From NCBI GenBank assembly GCA_049512315.1, contig JBEKXF010000002.1, forward strand, positions 112,706-132,705: DNA of 20,000 nucleotides, in the 5' to 3' direction. A model generated the notes under the pieces. That model worked only from the letters and a program-made list of their open reading frames with translations. It ran no database searches and was not told where the DNA came from. The DNA comes from Candidatus Aminicenantales bacterium (GTDB lineage Bacteria; Acidobacteriota; Aminicenantia; Aminicenantales; Saccharicenantaceae). Of the stretch, positions 15,215 through 20,000 are shown in pieces. A program made the position numbers and the translations under genes. Each line of letters opens with the position of its first letter. The first letter of the stretch is position 1.

Positions 15215-15712
15215 TCAAGCCCGGAGATCCAGGTAGCTGACATCGTTGCCGGACCAGGCCAGGAATCTCTCGAAGTCCGCGAACGAGATATCCAGGGTCA
15301 CCGTGTTGACATTGGCATGGAAACCGAGAAAACCGCTTCCCCGCAGGTCCTGGTCGACGATGACCCTGACTTCCTTGGCCGCGTCGTTGATCAGCCCGAA
15401 CGGCGAGACCGAACCCGGCTCTAGACCGAGGCAGCGCGCCAGCCGCTCGGGCGAGCCAAAGCTCAGGCGGTCCTCTTCGAGCATCCTGTTCAAGCGCCGG
15501 AGGTCGATCTCCCGGGACGTCGGGGCGACAACGAGGTAGTGGCGGTTCCCCTTCTTGTTGCGCAGGAAAAGGTTCTTGCAGTGCGTTCCCTTGAGCTCCG
15601 TCCAGTACTTGTCGGCGTCCTCGACCGTGAAGACGGGCGGATGCTTATGACGGACATAGGCGATCCCCAGGCTATCCAGGACGTCAAGGACTTTGCGCTC
15701 GGTTTCCGTCAC
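15215..15712 (-). CDS. proX: YbaK/INS-superfamily trans-editing aminoacyl-tRNA deacylase, ProX/PrdX (ProXp-ala-like), 165 aa
   Basis: GTG start with GGGAGAGG upstream; HPPVFTVE, CKNLFL (conserved Lys), RLSFGS, GSVSPFGLIND (GxxxP loop), FHANVNT. Confidence 0.85.
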   Translation of the reverse strand: MTETERKVLDVLDSLGIAYVRHKHPPVFTVEDADKYWTELKGTHCKNLFLRNKKGNRHYLVVAPTSREIDLRRLNRMLEEDRLSFGSPERLARCLGLEPGSVSPFGLINDAAKEVRVIVDQDLRGSGFLGFHANVNTVTLDISFADFERFLAWSGNDVSYLDLRA

Positions 15713-15846
15713 GGCCTCTCCCGCCGCCTTCCGGGCGGCGATTCAACGATTACGATAAATCAAAGGACCGACACCGCGCAAGCCGGAAATTTCTTGGCTG
15801 TTCCGGAGCTTCCCCGTTTCGGATAGAATAGGCCCATCGAGGAATA

Positions 15847-16956
15847 ATGGATCCCACAACGAAAAAAAACGTCTCCGTTCTCTTTACCCCGATCCGGATC
15901 GGCCCGGCGACGATCCCCAACCGCTTCGTCCGGTCGGCGACCCAGGATTTCATGGCCACCAACGAGGGCGAAGTGACGGACAGGCAGGTCGACCTCTTCG
16001 CCCGGCTCGCCGAGGGCGAGGTCGGTCTGATCATCTCCGGCCACGCATTCGTGGAGCCCCGGGGAAAGGCCAGCCCGCGCCAACTCGCCGTCTATGACGA
16101 CCGCTTCATCGAAGGCTTAAGACGGATCGCGGCGGCCGTTCACCGCTTCCCCTCGAGGATCTTCCTCCAGATCGCCCACGCCGGACGGCAGACCAAGGAA
16201 AAACTCTCCGGCTCGACGCCGGTCTCGCCGTCCGCCGTCTACGACCCCGTTTCCAAGGTCATGCCCCGGGAGCTTTCGGCGGCCGGGATCAGGGCTCTCA
16301 TCGAGGCTTTCGTCCAGGCCGCCCGCCGGGCCAGAGAGGCCGGCTTAGACGGAGTCCAGCTCCACGCCGCCCACGGCTATCTGCTGAGCGCCTTCCTCTC
16401 CCCCCACACGAATCGCCGGCAGGACGAGTGGGGTGGCCCGCTCGAGAGCCGGGCCCGCGTCCTCGTCGAGATCCTGAAGGGGATCCGGGCCCTCAACGGA
16501 AGGGGTTTCCCCATCATCGTCAAGCTCAACTCCACGGATTTTCTGGACGGAGGCCTGACCGTCGAGGAGAGTGTCCGGACTGCGATGATCCTGGAGGCCG
16601 CCGGGATCGACGGGATCGAGGTGAGCGGAGGCACGGCCGAAGCGGGCCGGGGCTCGATCTGGGCCGGACTCCGGAGCGAGGAGGATGAGGGGTATTTCGT
16701 GGCCGCGGCGGCCAGCATCAAAGCCGCGGTCAAAGTGCCGGTCTCTGGCCTGGGCGGGATCCGGACCCTCGGTGTGGCGGAAGAATTCGTCCGGGAGGGC
16801 CGGGTCGACATGATCTCCTTGAGCCGGCCTCTCATCCGCGACCCCTACCTCATCAAGAATTTCCGGGAGGGCCGGGTTTCGAAATCGGAGTGCATCTCCT
16901 GCAACAGGTGCATGAACCCTCGCGGGATCCGCTGCGCCGAGCTCAAGCCAGGTTAA
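15847..16956 (+). CDS. NADH:flavin oxidoreductase, Old Yellow Enzyme family, 369 aa
   Basis: LFTPIRIG..IPNRFVRSAT, LQIAHAGRQ, DGVQLHAAHGYLLSAFLSPHTNRRQDEWGG, GGIR, SLSRPLIRDP; C-terminal CISCNRC...C. Confidence 0.93.
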   Translation: MDPTTKKNVSVLFTPIRIGPATIPNRFVRSATQDFMATNEGEVTDRQVDLFARLAEGEVGLIISGHAFVEPRGKASPRQLAVYDDRFIEGLRRIAAAVHRFPSRIFLQIAHAGRQTKEKLSGSTPVSPSAVYDPVSKVMPRELSAAGIRALIEAFVQAARRAREAGLDGVQLHAAHGYLLSAFLSPHTNRRQDEWGGPLESRARVLVEILKGIRALNGRGFPIIVKLNSTDFLDGGLTVEESVRTAMILEAAGIDGIEVSGGTAEAGRGSIWAGLRSEEDEGYFVAAAASIKAAVKVPVSGLGGIRTLGVAEEFVREGRVDMISLSRPLIRDPYLIKNFREGRVSKSECISCNRCMNPRGIRCAELKPG

Positions 16957-16986
16957 TAGCGCCGTCCCATCATCATTTATTGTTGA

Positions 16987-17083
16987 GGTCGCGGACTCGG
17001 GGGGAGTCCCTCCGGCAGGGAGCGGATTCTGAGGAGCGACCAGCAGAAGTGTGGCGGAGCGGCTCGGAGCCGCACTTCTGGTA
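16987..17083. repeat. Cluster of nested inverted repeats (REP-like or structured-RNA-like element)
   Basis: GGTCGC 16987-16992 / GCGACC 17036-17041 enclose GGACTC/GAGTCC (16993-17009) and CTCC/GGAG (17010-17022); CAGAAGTGTGGC 17044-17055 / GCCGCACTTCTG 17069-17080 (12 bp with one wobble); inner palindrome GCGGCTC-G-GAGCCGC 17059-17073. Confidence 0.6.
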
Positions 17084-17205
17084 AATATCTGAAACGAGTC
17101 TCTGAGTATTTTGTTCTAGGGGCCGTCCTTCTTTTCCAACCGTGCCCGCGTCGCGCTCAGTGTTTTCTCCGGGACATCCCCCCTGCGTCCGTAATTTTTT
17201 TATAA

Positions 17206-17226
17206 GGATTTAGGCAGGTTAAATCC
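17206..17226. terminator. Possible terminator-like hairpin between convergent genes
   Basis: GGATTTA-GGCAGGT-TAAATCC, 20 nt beyond the GH105 stop, in AT-rich context; the stem is AT-rich and lacks a clean U-tract in the expected orientation. Confidence 0.3.
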
Positions 17227-17246
17227 GGCCAAGCCAAGTTCTTTAT

Positions 17247-18308
17247 TTAAGCGCCCAGGTCGCGATGAGCGGCTTCCATCAATAAGAAAAAGGCCTGGCC
17301 TTCGGTGGCCGTGCCGGGCGCTTCGAAGGTCGGCGAGCCGCAGACGTCCTGGACGAGTCCCAGGCCGTCCACCTTGGACCTGGCCGCGGCCCTCATTTTG
17401 TCCGCCCGGGCCCTGTAAGCCGGACCGATCCAGCCGCCCCTGATCCCCCGGTAGATCGTGTAGGCCATGATCTGGGCCAGGTTGACTTCAACAAAGGTCT
17501 TCGAGTTGTCGACGACGTCATGGAAGAGGCCGTCCGGCCTTTGGCAGGCGAGGCAGCCGTCAAGGACGTCCCGGATATAGGTCTGAAGCCGCTTTTTCTC
17601 CGACGACATCCGTTCCGGCAGGGCCCTCAGGACCCGGGTCATGCCGGCCGCGGCCCAGCCGTTGCCCACGCCCCAGAAGTCTTTCCGGCCAAAGTTGTTC
17701 TTGGCGTCGTCCCAGATGTGGGAGAAGAGTTTTTTCCGCCCGTCCCAGAGCAGCCTCCGAAAGCCCTCGATCTGTCTCATCGCTTCTTCGGGTCTGCCCG
17801 CGACGGCCAGGAACGGCGGGGCCATGTACATGGAATCAATCCAGACCTGGGGCTTGTCGTCGATGTGATAAAAAATCCCGTCCTTGCGGCGCGGGGCCTT
17901 GTGGAGGAAATAGTCGAGCATCCGGTCGACGCCGGCCTTGAGCCTCGGGTCGGCGCTCTTGCGTGCGGCATAGAGGACGGCCTCGCCGTTCGCACCCGGG
18001 TCTGTGACGCCATGGTTATCGCAGACCTGTCCGAGCCGGCCGTCGTCGGAGATGCGGATGACGGCCTCCTTGGCCATGAGAACGACGAGCTCCTCTTCCC
18101 CGAGCTCGAGAAGCGCCTGGGCGGCGACGCCCTGCTCCCAGGCCTGGCGCTGCATAGTCAGCATGGCCAGCTTGACTTTTTCGACGAGCGGGTCGACGGT
18201 CCGCGAAGTCGCACTTTGATGGGACGCATCTTTCGCCGCCCAGTAACCGAGAGGGACCGTGGCGACTCCGGCGGTCAAAAGACTTCTCACGGCTGTTCGT
18301 CTTTTCAT
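17247..18308 (-). CDS. Glycoside hydrolase GH105/GH88 family (unsaturated uronyl hydrolase-like, (alpha/alpha)6), Tat-like signal, 353 aa
   Basis: GGAGG at 18317-18321 lies 8 nt from ATG 18308 but only 2 nt from 18314. MKRRTAVRSLLTAG twin-Arg leader; WEQG, QVWIDSMYMAPPFLA, LFSHIW, FWGVGNGW, QRPDGLFHDVVD, EGQAFFLL. Confidence 0.85.
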   Translation of the reverse strand: MKRRTAVRSLLTAGVATVPLGYWAAKDASHQSATSRTVDPLVEKVKLAMLTMQRQAWEQGVAAQALLELGEEELVVLMAKEAVIRISDDGRLGQVCDNHGVTDPGANGEAVLYAARKSADPRLKAGVDRMLDYFLHKAPRRKDGIFYHIDDKPQVWIDSMYMAPPFLAVAGRPEEAMRQIEGFRRLLWDGRKKLFSHIWDDAKNNFGRKDFWGVGNGWAAAGMTRVLRALPERMSSEKKRLQTYIRDVLDGCLACQRPDGLFHDVVDNSKTFVEVNLAQIMAYTIYRGIRGGWIGPAYRARADKMRAAARSKVDGLGLVQDVCGSPTFEAPGTATEGQAFFLLMEAAHRDLGA

Positions 18309-18376
18309 CGACATTCCCTCCTCTCTTCACCCGACGGACCCGGCCCGGGGCTCCCAGCCCGGGCGGCCCGCAGGCT

Positions 18377-18406
18377 ATTTTAATCCAGCCCCTGTGACCC
18401 AGGCAA
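18377..18406 (-). promoter_or_regulatory. Possible sigma70-like promoter for the GH105 gene
   Basis: Minus strand TTGCCT (18406-18401), 18 nt spacer, TAAAAT (18382-18377). Confidence 0.45.
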
Positions 18407-18499
18407 GACGAAGCCCTTGAAATCGTTCGTCGCGGGCCACGGACATCTTCTTCCGGCCGGCGCTGACGATTCAGCTCCCGGCAAAGATCGAAAGCCCAC

Positions 18500-18529
18500 T
18501 TGAAAAGACATCTTCCCCCGCTGTAATAT
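18500..18529 (+). promoter_or_regulatory. Possible sigma70-like promoter for the GH28 gene
   Basis: TTGAAA 18500-18505 followed by TGTAAT (16 nt spacer) or TAATAT (18 nt spacer); GGGAGG SD at 18539-18544. Confidence 0.45.
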
Positions 18530-18550
18530 CTCGGCCGCGGGAGGCTCATC

Positions 18551-20000
18551 GTGATCAACAAACTATTGAGATCGCTCCTCGTCCTATCCATCGGACTGCC
18601 GGCCCTCATGGCGTCGGCGGCGACAGATCCTTCTTCGGGCGTCCGGATTTTCAATATCAGGGATTATCGCGCGACCGGCCGGAAGGCGGAAAGCGCCCAG
18701 GCCGCCATCCAGAAGGCCGTGGATGCCTGTGCCGCGGCCGGAGGCGGCATGGTCTATGTTCCGCCCGGAGATTACAGCTCAGGCACGATCCATTTGAGAA
18801 ACCACGTTCGTTTTTATCTTGAAGCCGGGGCCACGATCTTTTCGATCAAGGAAAAGTCCGCCTTCGACAAGGACGCCCTTCTCTACGGCGAAGACCTTGA
18901 GAACATTACCATCGAGGGCCGCGGTGTCGTCGACGGCGAGGCCGCCTACGAATGGCGCCCGAGGGGGGATTTTCAGGATGACTTCATCCGGCCCAACCAG
19001 GTCGAGATGGAAAAACTCGGCCTGCCCCTCCTCCGCTCCTTCCCCAAAACCAACCAGTTCGGCAAGCTCGTGCTTCTCGTCCGCTGCCGGGACGTCCGGA
19101 TCGCGGGCGTATCGTTCATCGATTCGCCGTCGTGGACCATGCATCCCGTGGCCTGCGAGCGGATAGTCATCGATGGGATTTATATCCGGTCGAGCCTGAA
19201 GGACGGGGTCTGGGCCGACGGCATCGACCCGGACGGCTGCAAGGACCTCCGCATCTCAAATTGCACGATTGAGACGGGTGACGATGCCCTCGTTTTCTAC
19301 TCCATGGACTGGTTCGGCCCGGCCCGTCCGTGCGAGAACATCGTGGTCACCAACTGCCGGCTGAGCTCGGCCTCGAGCGCCATCAAGTTCTGCGACGGGA
19401 ATATCGCCGGCATCCGCAACGTGACGATCGACAATTGCGTGATCACCAACTCGAACCGCGGCATCGCCTTCATGACCTTCGACGGCGGCCCCGTCGAGAA
19501 CGTCGTCCTTTCGAACCTGACCATCGAGACCGTCCGGAACGACTGGTTCTGGTGGGGCGACGGCGAGCCCTTCCATTTCAATATCCGGAAGCGGAGCGAG
19601 GTCCACGCCGGCTGGCCCAGGGACAAAGACAGGCCGGCGGGTGCCATCCGGAACGTCAAGATCCAGAATGTCATCGCCCGCGGCTATGGGATGAGCGTCT
19701 GCAACGGTCATCCGGACTCCTGGCTCGACGGCGTCAGCTTCGAGAATGTCAAGCTCACGATCGCCCACGATCCCAAGGCCCCGTACGATAAGGCCGTCGA
19801 TGCGATCAGGTTCGAGCTGGCCCGCAACCTCCGGCTCCGGGACTTCGAAGTCGTGTGGGAGAAGCCACTCTATGACCGATGGCGGAGCGCGTTCGCCTTC
19901 GAGAACATCAAGGGGCTGACCCTCGACGGGGTGGTCTGCCGCCAGGCCCAGGACGGCGGCGCATCGCCGGCCATCCTCTTCCGCGGGGTCGATGACGCGA
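18551..20000 (+). CDS. Exported GH28-family parallel beta-helix glycoside hydrolase; 3' end truncated by window edge (about 483 codons visible)
   Basis: Not in ORF track because it has no stop in the window. GTG 18551 after GGGAGG. MINKLLRSLLVLSIGLPALMASA signal; FNIRDY, AAIQKAVDACAAAGGGMVYVPPGDY, NITIEGRGVVDG, DSPSWTMH, ADGIDPDGC, ISNCTIETGDDA, NIVVTNC, RNVTIDNC. Confidence 0.9.
   Translation, partial: MINKLLRSLLVLSIGLPALMASAATDPSSGVRIFNIRDYRATGRKAESAQAAIQKAVDACAAAGGGMVYVPPGDYSSGTIHLRNHVRFYLEAGATIFSIKEKSAFDKDALLYGEDLENITIEGRGVVDGEAAYEWRPRGDFQDDFIRPNQVEMEKLGLPLLRSFPKTNQFGKLVLLVRCRDVRIAGVSFIDSPSWTMHPVACERIVIDGIYIRSSLKDGVWADGIDPDGCKDLRISNCTIETGDDALVFYSMDWFGPARPCENIVVTNCRLSSASSAIKFCDGNIAGIRNVTIDNCVITNSNRGIAFMTFDGGPVENVVLSNLTIETVRNDWFWWGDGEPFHFNIRKRSEVHAGWPRDKDRPAGAIRNVKIQNVIARGYGMSVCNGHPDSWLDGVSFENVKLTIAHDPKAPYDKAVDAIRFELARNLRLRDFEVVWEKPLYDRWRSAFAFENIKGLTLDGVVCRQAQDGGASPAILFRGVDDA

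Noticed and set aside
16890..17084. 64-aa ORF spanning the OYE end and the palindromic region
   Set aside because: Starts inside the OYE gene, has no SD and reads through inverted repeats with atypical composition.
16957..17246. CRISPR array, tRNA or complete IS element in the large intergenic region
   Set aside because: No regularly spaced identical repeats, no T-loop GTTCRA or cloverleaf with CCA end, no transposase ORF and no paired terminal inverted repeats found.
18016..19791. ORF-track entries overlapping the GH28 region (18016-18654, 18779-19144, 18819-19166, 18973-19170, 19256-19768, 19297-19674, 19330-19791)
   Set aside because: All are alternative-frame or antisense to the continuous GH28 frame from 18551 or to the GH105 gene, which carry the family motifs.

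Overview
GC-rich bacterial chromosomal window, densely coding, from a diderm (it encodes an Omp85-type barrel). The gene content would fit an anaerobic, polymer-scavenging lineage such as Aminicenantes/Acidobacteriota, but that assignment is inference only. I find 15 genes; three are missing from the supplied ORF track: two that run off the window edges and one 51-codon membrane protein. Left to right: (i) a truncated minus-strand fusion of a gluzincin metallopeptidase, a PD40/TolB-like propeller and an Omp85-like beta-barrel; (ii) divergently, a 7-gene plus-strand operon-like run (DctM/IT-family permease, 51-aa two-TM protein, M14-like deacylase, two tandem C69 Ntn-hydrolases, DUF6305-like exported protein, heparinase II/III-like protein) with no DctP/DctQ, which is the best candidate for an undescribed uptake and periplasmic processing system; (iii) a minus-strand run (ProX/PrdX tRNA deacylase, CBM9-like protein, beta-lactamase-fold serine hydrolase, 173-aa orphan with its own promoter); (iv) an Old Yellow Enzyme-family flavin oxidoreductase; (v) a structured 290-bp intergenic region; (vi) a divergent pair of a Tat-like GH105/GH88 and a truncated GH28, both lacking canonical uronate-binding basic residues. 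No rRNA, tRNA, CRISPR array or transposase was seen. All family calls come from motif recognition by eye, not database searches.
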